From contig JBNGIO010006406.1 of NCBI GenBank assembly GCA_049999805.1, positions 161,129 to 225,128 of the forward strand: a stretch of 64,000 bases of DNA, in the 5' to 3' direction. The first letter of the stretch is position 1. Each line of letters opens with the position of its first letter. Origin of the DNA: Folioceros fuciformis. Taxonomy: Eukaryota. The position numbers and the translations under genes were made by a program. Below the pieces are notes generated by a model. It was not told the DNA's origin, ran no database searches, and was given only the letters and a program-made list of their open reading frames with translations. Positions 1-13,626 of the stretch are shown here, one piece after another.

Positions 1-1205
1 GCAGGAGCGGGAGTGGGAGCGCGAGAGCGAGCGAGAGCCGGAGCAGGAGAAGGGATGCCGCTGCCAGAAGTCGACATTTCGCCCCCGCTCACGACCCGAC
101 TCCAACCCCAATCCCGGCCTGGGCCTCCACCTCCACCTCCACCTCCACCTCCACCTTGGCCCCAGCGTCGCCCAACCCCGGCTGCGTCCGGTGAGGTGGA
201 TGTCGCCACAACGTACCCTTGAGTCCACCACACTCTCCGTCTTTCACCTACTTCAGCCCAATTCGCGCACTCACTCGCCCATGACGGACCCCTTCTTACT
301 TTAATAAACATATATTACACCGTAAATACGACCCACTCGCACCCACGACGACCTTTTTGACTAGGTACAATTCATTCTCTCCTATGAACGTATATATGTA
401 CATGTACTTGGCTTCGTACCCATCCCTCATCCCATCCCTTCCTTCCGTGCTGCTGTCCACACTTCTTCCTCTCGCTCACCTATCTTCTTCACCTATTATT
501 TTAATTACTCTTCCTCTGCTTAACTTGATATATATAATAAAACTAATCTATCATATGATTAGAACCATAGATATATCAAAGATTCGAAAAGAGATGACCT
601 TTATCTAAAAAAACTGGAAAAACACTACATTATTTTTTAATCATTTTAGCATAACTTATGAGGTCCTGCTACAACACTAGCTTACAAAACGATAGTTTGG
701 GTGGATACTCTTTCTATGGGAGAACAGTAGCCAGAGGGAGAATAGGAGCGAGTGGGGCTCTCTTACATATCATGGAGGATTGTTAGGAGGAGCGCTGTTG
801 AAGATCATCTCCGAGGCAAGTACGACAGAAAAACAACTCATGTGAATTTTCGAAGGGTCAGAATTAAAAATGAACATGGACAAGAAAGAGCCGGGCATAC
901 GCGTGATGTAGTGAGGCACGGGAATCCGGTTGTCGCCAGGGTGGGGTCGACGGATGCTTCCAAGGAAGCCCACTTGCACGCTTTCTCACGCGACACATGG
1001 CCTGGACGCCACCCGTGGAACATGTGGGGCACCGGGCACTTAATTCCCAAACGCTGTGGACTGTGGCCCAGGGAGAAAATCTTTCCTGACGCGGAAGGAA
1101 TATACAAAAAGAAAAACAAGCAAAAAATGAACCAAGAAGTGATTAGGGCCGCACCGCGTCAGAAAAATCTCGCCGACGGCCAACGGCGGAAGCCGAAGGA
1201 AGGCG

Positions 1206-4200
1206 TTACAGTTGCTGGCGTTGGATGTCGTCCGACAGGAGCTTGTGCTGGTTCAAAGTGTCCATGAGCAGCGGCGGGGCGTGTAGCGCGGTGCCGTTGT
1301 TCTCTTCGCAGTCCTCGCAGAAGGAGAGCAGAATCGTGTCGATGGCCATCTCCACCACTGCGAAGAACATGGCTGCTACGATGTACCCGGTGAGCCAGCA
1401 GAACTGCGACAGCACAAGGCGAGGTTTAGGGTTAAAGTGATCACACAAGGAAAACAACTTGAATCATAATCCTGAAGGGAGCAGGAAAAGTAAGGAAGGA
1501 ATAAGGAAGGAAGGAATGAATGAAGGAATGAAGGAAGGAATGAACGAACGAAGGAATGAATGAAGGAATGAAGGAAGGAATGAACGAATGAATGAAGGAA
1601 TGAATGAAGGAAGGAAAGCGGTCTCACCAGGACGGGGAAGAGAGGGGACGACACTTTACTGCTCCCGGACTTGAACCGATGCTGGTCCAGCATGAGGAAC
1701 GCGAACACGGCTGCAGCAAGGCTCACGGTGATCTTGCCGATGAAGAGCATGACATCGCCGATTACGTTAACAACCCCGACCCGGAGGATGTTGCTAATGA
1801 TCAAGGAGGTGGCCCTGCCAGCAGCACGGCAGAAACCGGTTCCGGTCACGGCGATCTGGGGCCGTCACGACAAGAACGAGTTAGTTAGGGTTTAAACACA
1901 CACGACGTTCGTCATGAACGATGTTGGGGGCGATTGCAATGCCTTACCACAACGTACGCGTTGCGGTTGATGAACTTCACGGTCCACTCGATGCAGCCGA
2001 GACAACACTGGGCGCAGCAGCACAGTATGGAGATGCAGCAACCCCCCGGAGCTGCCTCTAGAGCTTTGAGCTTGGTGCGGATCCATTCCAGGATGAAGCG
2101 GATCATTTCGATTATGGCAACCACAAGAGAACCCAGAGCCATGGACCCCAGGCTGTAACGGAGCACCCGTTTTGCAGACTTCAGTAAGGGGAAGTCGGAG
2201 ATTATCTGCAGTCATTGTGACGCCAGAGATGAGAAGACCACAGAATGTTCAGGAACTGGAAAATCTTGGATTGCTCACAACTGGACGACTTACAGAAATC
2301 TCCCCCCGAGACCAGTAGTAGGCCGCGACTGCTCCAGCTATGGTGGTGAGAGAGCAAGCGATGATGAACTGGACTGTCCAAAAAAAACCGAATATGTGAT
2401 AGAAAATTGCCCATCCTATGTTCTTGGCGTAGTGAATTTCGTATCCGCAACATCCTTCACTGCTGAGAGTCCCCGTGGCCAGGCTGTAGGCCTGGCAGCC
2501 GCCATTGCAATTGTTCTGCCGGACACTTCCAGCACTGAACAGGTACAGAGCACCTATCACCCAGTAAATGCCAAATACAAGAGTTCCGATGAAGGGAATG
2601 ACGGGGTAGATGGTCAGGGTTGGGATAGCTCCAAGAGACTTGGCTGCAACCTGCACACATGCATGTATTCATTTGAGTCACTACGGTAGCGCATTGATGC
2701 TGTTCGTCTGCTGTCTCGTAACTTCACAATCTGCTCACCTTAATGACGGCTATGGCAATAACGAGTCGCCTGATGAGGACGATTGTGATCAAAATTGTTA
2801 GCACAGTGATAATAGTCATTATGACGGCAACAATCTTCAAGTGTTTCTGCTCCTGCACGACAGTGAGTTTGCAGAACAGTTAACGTGAAGTACGATAGAG
2901 CGACGCCCAAAATCTGTCACATGTACAGGCTAGCTACCGTTGAGGAGGCGTCCAGAGGCAGAGCGTCTGCAGCATTACTCCCTATCACTGCAGAAACTGC
3001 ATCATGCCCGATCCATCCAGCTGTACAAAACCAAAATTACAATTTAGTGCCCATGTCATACATAGGACTTCACCCTTTCCCAACTTCAAATGCAGTGAGT
3101 ACATCAGCGACCACCAGATGAAAGAAAGAACAAGGCAGCACCTTTAATGTAGAAGAAGACCGTGACGATAATCATCAGGATGTTGAAGAGAGCAATCGTT
3201 ACCCAAGCCACCAATCCCACAAAGAACCGAATTAAGACCAGCCAAGCCACAGAGAGCAGAAACGGGGCGATCACACCACACACTACCAGCACTGGCCAAG
3301 CGTTGCCCAGGTCTGCGACGTATCTCTGCACCAAGACATGACAAACCAATGCTTAGACATGGAACTCAAGGAACGTAATCAAACGCTTCAACAACGAAGA
3401 AACAAACAGTGATATAAAATGATGATGAGACAGCTGATCTTAGATCGATGGATCTACCTTGGCAACAGCCGTGGAACCAGTCAAAGCCTTGTTCACTGCC
3501 TCAGAAATGAAGTTGCCGGTATTTATTGTGGCACCGCCAAGTACTCTCCATGTCTGGACTGCTGCATCTGACGGACTACTCGATAGCTGGCAGCTCCAAA
3601 ATACTGGTACAAGTTCCCACTGATCAGCAATTGAGTTTCTTTGCCGTAGTCAAGGGCTTGACCCGAGGCAGACGACTACATTCCAATCAGACAGGCTCTT
3701 CAGTTTTCAGGCACAAGATCCGAGAGGGTAACCCAAACAATGAACTTCGCTTACAATTCTTGCTTGAGAACAGCACCGGGTAGCACGGCCCAGTGAGGTT
3801 GAGGGAGGAAGACTGTTGTTCTGGTGTCAGCAAGTTATAGTAGTCATAATTTCTAGCCCGCCACTCTCCCAATGACAAACTACTGATGGACCCTTCTGGA
3901 TAATCACAAATCCAACTCAGGGTCCCATTGCTGGCTGGTGTAGGGCAGCCTCCTAGACAAATGCTTCTTGCATCCACAAGATTGAACGGATTGTCAAAGT
4001 TTCCTGCATCATACACCTGGTTTGGATTCATCCAGTACCGGACCTTGTAATCTTTCAGGTTGGGGTGAGCCTTGCGGTCGCCACAGACATTCCCCTTATA
4101 GTCTAAGCCAAACATCAATCTGGAGAAAAACCAACAAAAAAAAGACAAGACCCATGTCAGCGACGAGCCTTCGGTCACTTCAGCCCAGTAACTCAACCTC

Positions 4201-4431
4201 ACCGAATACCTCTTACCTTCTTGGATCTCCCTTGTTGATTCCATAGCTGCTGTTAATGATCATTCCCACCCAGAAAGCCACAAACACAATCAAAAACAAA
4301 ATGTCTTGACAGCTTCTGTTCTCCTCAATCCTAGACTTCCGTTGTCCACCTGGGTTGACATCTGTGGAGCGGGACGGGCTTGGGATCCCTAATATGGCAC
4401 CTGTAGGTCCAGTTGGTTCGCCTTTCCCCAT
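1206..4431 (-). CDS. CTL1: Choline transporter-like protein (SLC44/CTL1, CHER1-type), multi-exon
   Basis: Spliced ORF pieces: ATG 4431 MGKGEPTG...RSCQDILFLIVFVAFWVGM; GLDYKGNVCG; YRLYSLGSMALGSLVVAIIE-like segment (RYSLGSMALGSL); KFINRNAYVV; AITGTGFCRAA; FFAVVEMAIDTILLSFCEDCEEN; stop 1206. These are typical CTL/SLC44 family motifs, with GT-AG introns. Confidence 0.93.
1490..1618. repeat. Compound (GAAG/GAAT)n microsatellite in the last intron of CTL1
   Basis: A direct run of gaaggaatgaatgaaggaatgaaggaagg..., which produces the SFLH/SFLP low-complexity read-through in the ORF track. Confidence 0.9.
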
Positions 4432-5675
4432 CTCAATTCCGGGAGGACCTCCTGAGCGGATAAGAGCTCACTGGTGCTTCGAATTGTGTGGCTAAAATGC
4501 GTACACCTGTCGATTCAGCTTCTCCGCCCTTCGCACGTTCCCAAACTGACATACCAGGTTCCTCGGGGTTAGCTGCCTACATCAGTAAAAGGCATTGCAC
4601 GTTCGACTTGCGATCACAGCAGATGCTAAGAAATCGTACCGCGGACGCTGGACTTCGCCTTCGGGAGACTAGCTGAGGAAGAACGATTCCCAACGAATTA
4701 TGACCCACACGTCAGCACCGAGCTGAGAAGGAAGAAACAATGTCAGCAAGCCACCGATTCCAAGCCCTGACCTTGCAACACCATCACGAGTGCACTACAT
4801 GCAATGCACATCTCTGGAACATTCATTCTCACCGGATTCAGCTCATTTCCTGCCCTCCGAATGCTCCCACTGCAGCTCCGCGTATAACCGGGAGTTAAAA
4901 GCAGCAGGTGAGTGAAGCCAGGCTCCTGGAAAGTGAGGGTAATACATGAAGTTTCCCGGCCAAGACGACTCCTGCGGACGCCAACGAGCTGGCGCGAGGT
5001 CGGCCCACCCGCGCTCCGAAACACGCACTCTCCACGAGCAGCTTCGAGGAAGGAGAGGCCTGGGTTCGTTCGGCGCTCCAGCTCCCGCCTGGGCGCTGTT
5101 TCGGCCCAACGAAGGCTGCGGGCGGGAGACGGGCGAAGCCCCCCGGCGAAACCCCGTGGCGAAACCCGTGGGTGATACTGCGTAGATATATATGTATAGA
5201 AGTCAAATCGACTCGTGTGATGTGGTTTTTTGATTTTCTACAATTGTTCAAACGCTTTGAGCGCGCGTGAGCGTAGAACGGCACGGGACGGGACAGGACA
5301 GGACAGGACAGAACGGGGCGTGAATGGCGTGACGGGACGGTATGGGAAGCTCGGAGCCCTAAACCCTGAGGGACAGCTTGTGGCAGAGACGATCTCTGGA
5401 GACGTTGCAGTCATGTGATTTGATTTGTGTTCCTCAGATGAGGAGAAACCCCAATCTCAGGTCGGAAATCCGGTAGATTTGAGGACAGATTGTAATTGCG
5501 CTGTTGTTATTCAGGTTTCAGGAGGTGCAGTTGCTTCGGGGGATTGAGAGTCACAGGACCTGCTGAGGAGGAGCTTTTGGCGTCGATGAAAGATTCAAGG
5601 AAATTGGCTAGCCGGGGGTAGGGGCTGTGGGGTTTTCGTTGTGGAAACGGGTCGAGCATCCTCGAGAGGTGCGTT

Positions 5676-6638
5676 ATGGAAGACGGAGATGCAAGGGAGG
5701 ACCCCGCATGCAGCAGGCCTCAGTGCTACGTGGTGGTGTATAACGTTGCAAAGCGGCATAACATAGGAACGTTGGCACGCAGCGCCACAGCTTTTGGGGT
5801 GACTGAAATTATTCTGGTGGGGAAGAAGGACTACAATGCTTTCGGCAGCCATGGAGCCACGGTGCACATGGGGTTCCGGCACTTCCATACCTTTCGACTT
5901 GGCGGACTCTTCTTGAAGGTTGGTGGCGCAAGCATACGTGGCTGGGACTGTGTAGTGTTTGGGTGCAGGTGGGTTTACCCGAGGTACTGTGTGGGATTGA
6001 TGTATGATTCAGGAGCAGGAGTGCGACATATGCGGAGTGGAGATCGCTGACGGTGCTCTTGCGGTACAATCCCACCCTTTCAAGCGCAACACTGCGTTTG
6101 TGCTCGGCAACGAGGTGTGTCATTGGTGCTCGAGTTCCCTTCCTTGCTGTTATTTCGCAATTTGCCTTTTACTTGGATAGGATTCATGTGCAGTGTGACT
6201 GTATATTACGTGCTTTTTGCAGGGGAGCGGGCTGTCCTCCAAAGAGAAGGAAGTGTGTGACTTTTTTGTCTATATCCCACAGTATGGTTCCGGCACGGCA
6301 TCCCTCAATGTCACTGTAGCGGCATCAATCGTGTTGCACCATTTTGGAGGTACGTCTATTATGCTGGAGAGGCATAGGGCATGACGGAACTGCTTGATCT
6401 TGCCGGTCTGAGGTCAGATGTTTGCTGTTGGTTCTCAGTGTGGGCGGGGTTTCGTGAGCGCCAACGAGAGGGCCAGAAATTCGTGGTCGCTGACAGACCG
6501 GGTACGCGCGAGGCGCGGACCATCTGCTCAGAATCACGTGAGCTGGTGGCAGAGAGACGACGCCAAAAGCTTGGAGATTATTCGGACGAATGGCTGTGTT
6601 GTGGGCCTGCTGTCCATGTTCTGGGCAGTGAGACATAG
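5676..6638 (+). CDS. SpoU/TrmH-family tRNA/rRNA methyltransferase, 4 exons
   Basis: VVVYNVAKRHNIGTLARSATAFG (motif 1), CDICGVEI, TAFVLGNE|GSGL (motif 2), FVYIPQYGSGTASLNVTVAASIVLHHF (motif 3); the exons join in frame at GT-AG sites. Confidence 0.92.
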
Positions 6639-6857
6639 CTGGCAATGTAACTTTATGGTTTATGCATTGGAAAATATGCATTGAAAACACAGGGGAAAAG
6701 GATTCTTTCTCCGAAAGAAGGGTAGTACCGTTGGTAAAGACGTGAGCTTGTATCAGGATTCCAGCTTCGGATAAGGGGGGATGTATCGGGCTCTGGTGTC
6801 CGTCATCTGTGAAGGCTGCCTAAATAGGCACTCGGGCAGCTCGTCACACAAGGCAGC

Positions 6858-8077
6858 ATGGTGGGCTTCGAGAGGCCCGTCTTCGTGCTCTTCGGCTCCT
6901 CGCTTGTGCAATACAGCTACAGAAAACTAGGCTGGGCCTCTGTTCTCAACGACCTGTATTCTCGCAAGGTTGAAATCTGCAGTTATGCTTGAATTGAGTG
7001 GATTTCTCTTGCGCGAATGACTTGAGCTGGTGTCGAAGTTGCACGCAGGCGGATTTTCTGCTCAGAGGATATTCTGGATGGAATTCCCGGCAGGCTCTGG
7101 CTGTGCTGGATCGGGTTTTCCCAAAGGTGAGTGGTTCTGGAAGTCAATCGTAGTTCCAACCCAGTTCGTGAGCCTGACAGCGGACAATCCATGTATCTCG
7201 ACAGTTATTGTCTACCTTGTTCGTTGCAGGAGTCTGGCGTTCAACCTGCATTGGTGATCATTTTGCTGGGTGGCAACGACTCGGCTTTGCCCACCAAAGA
7301 CATTAATTGCCCGCACGTTCCACTTGCCGAATACAAGGAGAACATGAGAAAGATCACAGCTCACATCAAGGTAGCCTGGCACACCAATTTGCGATCAATT
7401 TGTGACACGTAAAGCTCTGTGTGACAGTACTGGTGTCAGACTAAAAGACGCGTCCCGATTTGAATGATGTGGATTATCCAGGGCCTATCTGACACCACCC
7501 GTGTGATACTGATCGCCTGCGCTCCAGTGAATGTGGCTCTGATGGACTCGCATCGAAGGTTACGACGGTCCCTTACAAGCCCTCCCTCAGGCTCTGCTTC
7601 GATTCATCTGACTTCGGACATCTGCTTACGAGAGGTTCAATATTGGTCTTCCCGTGCAGGCAGCTGCTCGCAGACAGTGTGTGGGCGATTCCACCGCCCG
7701 AGAAGTCCTTGGAGGGCACCAAAGCTTACGCGGAGGCTTGCAAGGAAATAGCAGCGGAGTTTCCTGACGTCGGAATCGTGGACCTTCACACCGCGATACA
7801 GCGAAAGCACAATTGGGAGAACACGTGCATAGTGAGGTGAGACAGAGTGCTGGCGCCGGGCATCGCCTGTTTCCAAGGCCTTCCAACCTGACTGAGCGGC
7901 GCCCATGTTTATTGCAGCGACGGCGTGCACCTGAGCGATGAGGGGAGCGCTGTTGTGGTGGAGGAAGTGCTCAAAATTCTCAAGAACGCTGATTGGGTAC
8001 CCTCTCTGAACCGGAGACACATGCCTTCTCAATTTCCACACTTGAGTCCTCTGGATCCAGTCTTGGAAGGCGTGTGA
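6858..8077 (+). CDS. SGNH/GDSL esterase, CPRD49/IAH1-like, multi-exon
   Basis: ATG 6858 MVGFERPVFVLFGSSLVQYSY...; RGYSGWNSR (block II); ILLGGNDS (block III); HVPLAEYKENM; DGVHLSDEG (block V); stop TGA 8075-8077. Confidence 0.9.
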
Positions 8078-8697
8078 CCCTCACCCCTGGCTTCCAAGTC
8101 ACGAAAACGGTAATCCCCGAGTGCCGGGTGCTGAGTGCTGCTTGCTTCCGCCTTCGTTGGTGTGATGTCTCTTTAGAATAGGCGACCATTTATCGTACCA
8201 TAAACCCGCGGCGATTGGACGGCCCGCTCTCGCTATGTACACATGTACTTAGGCACTGTAATTCACTGATCGTTGAATTACTGACCCACATACGACAAGA
8301 AAATGACAAGGCTCGATAGAAGAAACGCAATACATAATGTATCATTTTATTTTTGTTCGGATTTGAGTTCATGGTATTTGCATTTCATCCAGTTGAATTG
8401 GATGTTCCAATCCTATTTTGTTTTATTCTATTTATTACAATTTTTTATGGGTTAAGGGAATTGAGTTTACATGACATATCTTTTATCACCATTATATCTA
8501 TAAATTTATGATAATAAATTTGGACTGAAGCTCTCGATATTTGGATCTTAGTTTTCGAGTTAAGCTCTCGATGTTTGGATCTTAGTTTCGAGTTAAACTG
8601 CTCATTCGATGCTATATGTGTGTAGCCTGGTGACACAATACTTAGCTATCTTTTGGTGTTGTCAAGTTTCCATATTCCTCCCTTTAGCTTGCCGATT

Positions 8698-9570
8698 ATG
8701 GCTAGCTGTACTCTCCTCTTAGTGTTTATTGCTTTGGCAATGGGCGCCATGGAGGTGCATGGCAAGAATTTTGTTGTTGAGCTCCAAGCACATGTGGGCC
8801 CTGGTAATGTTCGTTCCATGAATATTTCAACTTAACTTCTAGTGTCTAGAGTGTGTATCAAGCTACTATGTGTTAGTTGCTGTTGATTTTCGGTGAAAGC
8901 GTATGAAATGATCTATTATTTCTTCTTTTAAAGAGAGTGAGTTTAAAATGCTAGACATAGATTTAACATAATATTTATATTCTCTCTAACAACATTTGTT
9001 GTACATGTATTAGAAGTGAGTGCTCATGCATTTCTTCGTGGAGGACACGATACAACGTCGAGGCACATTGAGTCAAATGTGTTATACTCTGCCAGCAATT
9101 CAGCATTTCATCTTCTTCCAAGTATGTCCAGTTGATTGCATACCTCAAATGTTGCACAACATTCGTCTTGAAGCTCAATTGAGATAGCTATACATGTGTG
9201 GGATCCATAACGTCTTGTTTATTTACACGGAATTCATGCAGGCAATAGTTGCTTCTTTAACAACAAGAAAAATGTGTCAGTGGACCCAATTGGACAAATT
9301 ACAAGTGGAGTGTGGGCGGTAGCAAGTAATGACATATGGAACAATGGAAACAATTGCGATGTGGTATTTTCTATGTGTAGTGCTGATCCAAGTACAATAA
9401 CGTGCAGCAAACCTTCTGTTGACATCCCGATAGCAGATCTATTGGTTGTGCCGAGTCCTGGCATTCCTAGTCAAGGTGAGGGAGTTGTGTTATCGCAAGA
9501 GGCATGGCAACTTGTGTTTGGAGATTCTGATTTTAATAATTCTCCGAGGTCAATATATGTTCAACAATGA
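8698..9570 (+). CDS. Secreted EG45-like / plant natriuretic peptide-like (DPBB-fold) protein, copy 1; exons 8698-8803, 9014-9121, 9242-9570
   Basis: Signal peptide MASCTLLLVFIALAMG. The C-terminal domain SCF...AVASNDIWNNGNNC...C...C...IPIAD...VVLSQEAW...IYVQQ matches the recalled EG45 pattern AAxxxIWxNGxxCG...IVD...LSxEAF...IxYQQ. The three exons join in frame through two phase-1 introns. Confidence 0.72.
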
Positions 9571-10209
9571 TTTTAAGCTAGTAGAAGAGCCAACTTTTAT
9601 GCATTTGCTTATAGTCGGCTTCTGCGACATTGGGTTTAGGATCTTACAAGTGTATTAGACAAGGTCATTGTTTTGACAAATTATTCAATTACACTCCTTC
9701 TCCCATTTTTTTGTCACAAATTGCCAACACTCTCAAAATTCTCCTCTTATCTAGTGCATAAAAGTTCTACACCTTCTCATGCACATTCAGCCCATGCTAC
9801 GCTGTGATACCATGTGGGTGACAGGCTTGTTTGGTGTGTACCTTGTAATGTAATGCTTCTTGCTCGACTTTAAGCTGTAGTAAGACACATTGAACTAATG
9901 AAGCACCCGAAGATGATAACACCAAAGAAAATTTTGCGAAGAGAAAAACAAAAAATGCATTAGTGAGCGGCATTATGTTTGTATCTTGCAGTTTTTTTTA
10001 ATGATCTACCGTGTTTGTTCTTATAATTATATACAAGGGTGGAAGGAATGAGGTTCATGTTATATCCTCTTGATCTCTGTCGAAGGGGGTACCTAGATTG
10101 GCGAGGTAAGTCCATCATTTTGTGCTATATATGTGTGCCTAGGTCCCATGCTATTCATCAACTTTTGGAACTTGGGTTCGTCTTGCTTGTTTGGAACTTG
10201 AGTTCAAAG

Positions 10210-11045
10210 ATGGCTAGCCATGGTATGCTCCTAGTGTTTCTTGCTTTGGCAATGATGGGTGGCTTCATAGTGGATGGCAAGAGTTTTGTTGAGCTCCAAG
10301 CACATTCGAGCACCAACAATCATGTTCATTCACGTATGCAATACACTTTGCCTGATGTACTAGCTTTCAACTCTTTTATTTGCGGTTTCACTTCTTGCAC
10401 AAGTTCAACTATGCCTTATTGTTGTTTTGACAATGGTTTTGTACCAGGTGTGAGTGGCTATTCACCTCTTCGTGGAGGACATGCTACAACAGCAAAGCAT
10501 ATTGAATCAAATACTCTATATACTGGCAGCAACACGGCCTTCCACACTCTCTTAAGTATACCTCCTTCATTGTAGACCTCCAGTGTTGTATGATCATTTT
10601 CTTGGACCATAGTTTTGTTTTATGACATAGATCTATGAAACGGATATGCTCGTGCAAATTAGGTTGTAGGTTTTGACAAGTGGAGACTAAGTTGATGTAT
10701 GTGGAATGGAATGCAGGTGCTAGTTGTTTCACCCACAATCGGCATAATGTACCTGTCGATCCCTCTGGAAAAATAACAAGTGGAGTTTGGGCCTTGGGAG
10801 ATAATTCCTTGTGGAATAGTGGAATGAATTGTGATGTGACCTTTGCTATGTGCAGTCCAAATATTGACAGCATCACATGTAATAGAGCACCAATTGATGT
10901 TCCTATTGCAGATCTTTTAGTTGTAGGAGACATTGGCATTCCTTTCCAAGGAGAAGGAGTAGTGCTTTCGCAAGATGCATGGCAAGCTGTGTTTGGCGAT
11001 TCTGACTACAATAATTCACCTAGATCCTTGTATATCCAGATATAG
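10210..11045 (+). CDS. Secreted EG45-like / PNP-like protein, copy 2 (tandem paralog); exons 10210-10333, 10448-10555, 10717-11045
   Basis: Same exon structure and intron phases as copy 1, with clearly homologous peptides: LRGGHATTAKHIESN vs LRGGHDTTSRHIESN, and QGEGVVLSQDAWQAVFGDSDYNNSPRS. Confidence 0.72.
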
Positions 11046-13626
11046 GTTTATGGATTGGGTAGTGATTATGGTTGCTTTGCTTTAAAAGGTTTACAAAACA
11101 GGGTATGTTGGTGTCCCTTGATGAAATCGTGAAAGAAAAAGGCTCGTCTCACCATGGTGGGATAGACCTTTTCGTCCCTTCCTCCTTCTCGGCTTCCTAA
11201 AGTTCTGTTTTCTCCTGTTCCACACACAGCCTTACCTCATCATCTGTTCTGATGTCGTCTACGCACTGTCTCCACATGGTTGACTACTACATCCAGGCTC
11301 GAGTACGATTCATTTAGCCTCAGCGTGTGATGTCGCTCTTCGATGCCGGTTTGATCGAAACTTGCATACAGCAGTAGCGGTAATAGGATAACCTGTTCCT
11401 GCTGGCGCTGCTCCTTCCTGTGAGCAGCAGCAGCGGTCCACTGCCAGGGGATGCCACCAGGCTGGGAGCTGGCAATGGTCAAGACTTGCTCTTGCCTCGC
11501 CCTAGGCCCCGCCCTTCACATTCGAGCTCAACTGCGTGATTACGACGGCTCGGCGGGCCATCTGCACGCTGTACGCCGGACCCGCCCGGCAAGTTCGTCG
11601 TCTCTAGAGACATAGACGTGGCTCCGGTTGGGTACACGCCAACGGCAACAAGGTGCAGCAGTGAAAGGAGGACAGCCAGTACGCCCCGTAGGTCCAATTC
11701 CCATCGGAGCTCGTCACGAACTTGGACCAAGACAGGCTATGGGAGCACGGCTGAAGCACGTCTTTGGCGGCGAGCTGTGGCTTCGCCAGCACACCCGACC
11801 AGACAGGGGGCTCCAGCGGATCTGACAGCCTAGGCTGGTTACAGGTCGACACCCCGCCAATGGCAACTCCCTGCACTCCTATAGAATGTTGATGGTGGCC
11901 GTCGGGATCGACACGCAAGTACTCGGCAGATGAGGTACACCTTGCGTGGGCAAGGATGGTTGGTTTGGCACATTCGGATATGCCTTGTCATGAGGTAGAC
12001 TCCTCTTTCCTGACCTTGAGCTACATGGTTTCTGACTCTCTCGAGTGTAGGGTTTGGAATGTGATGCGCCATAGCCGTGCGCGAAGAAAGGCACTCATGC
12101 TTCCGCTTCGAACCATCCTTAATCCCAAACCCGCAGAACTCCGAACAGAGTTTTAGCTCAAACTGGAGAAGACGCAGTTTGCACCCAACGTCGCTGATAG
12201 ACTGACCAGTAACGCGGCAGGACAGATATCACTGCAGAGCCAATGCGATCTGCAAGTATTGAAAACTCCTCGAGGGATGAATAAATCTACCTTAACTAAG
12301 GTTTCAAAGTGCGCCAGGGATCCAAGTGGTTGCTGTACCTCGTAATGGGGCAGGGCTAAAAATTAAGTGAGCCGCGGGCCAATAATTGTGGTGTTCACTT
12401 GACGTAGTGAAATATTGCGACCTTGGTCCAATATGCCTGATAACTTGAGGCTAACATTTGCTTGTGTGCTCTATCCATCCGTAAAGGGGAAAGGACGCAC
12501 GTCACCCATTTGGCATCATGTCTTCGCCGACAAAACAACTTGAATCCCTGAGTTTCGATGTCTGGCCCCATGTATTTTGCGAGAATGAAGATGGTTCCAA
12601 ACATACAAAAGCCAGCACCACCTCAGGGAGAGCTCTTCCGGTCCCCCACCTCAAATACATCCGCACTGCAATTAGAGGGCGTACCTTTTTCTTCCTAGCG
12701 AGTCCCTCTCCCCCCTCCTTAGGGTGACCACCACTTCCTCTAATCACTTCCACGATTGTCAAATGATTTTGAGAGACCAATTTGATTCCCTGGCCTCTGG
12801 GGATGTCATCCGGCACTAGTAATGTACCCAGGCCCATCAGCAAGGCGGGGTGTTGCCCTTGCCTGATTCCTGGCAAGCCCACGTCAACCAGCTGCCAACT
12901 GATCAAGGGGTTCAAGAATCCCTAAACACTATCGTAACCCAGCAAAACCATCGGCAAGCCCATCATTGGGACGTGAAACATGCTGTTCTCCAAGGTTTTG
13001 AACTGGATAACTACAACCTCTGTTGACATCATCATCACTAGAGAGCTCCGATAATTGTGTTCCAATGATTGGATACAAGCTAGCAGCTACTACCGCCCGC
13101 ACAATCCCAGGATCCGTGTATTCGAACAGCAAACATGGTGCCCGCGCCATAGGTATCCCTTTCGAGCAAGCTCCCGCTACAGCTCCTTTACCATACTGGC
13201 CAAGCGTGGCAATAATTCCACCTGAAACAAAATTCTCTGAATGGAACTGCTGCTCCGTACCGGCAACCTTTGCAGCTTCCAAAGCCTCAAAGGCGGCAAC
13301 TACTGCCAAGTGATGACTGTATACCTCAAACCTAGTTGGGGATTCTCACTTGGCTGCAGCTGTATGCAACTTTTCCTAAGGGGCCCCTGTGCAAAACAAC
13401 AGACTCTCTGTACCTGTTTGCACAAGCAATGGTTGAGGCAGGGTCGAGACAATCAATAGTTTGGAGACACGGGTGTGCAGGCAGTGATCCAACCTGTGTA
13501 TCCAGCTCAGTTAACTTCTCGTCTCCTGTAAATGCTCCAAGGTCTTAAAGCAAAATAAGAGTATGCAGGACAACCAAAGCGAGTAGAGAATCTGTTGGAC
13601 AGCTAGTCCAAGAGCAATGAAAGGGA

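Noticed and set aside
13-222. Proline-rich ORF at the window start
   Set aside because: It derives from a (CCTCCA)n microsatellite in GC-rich sequence, has no ATG and gives no support for a gene.
752-1267. 171-aa plus-strand ORF
   Set aside because: It overlaps the CTL1 3' end and UTR on the antisense strand, starts with GTG and has no family features.
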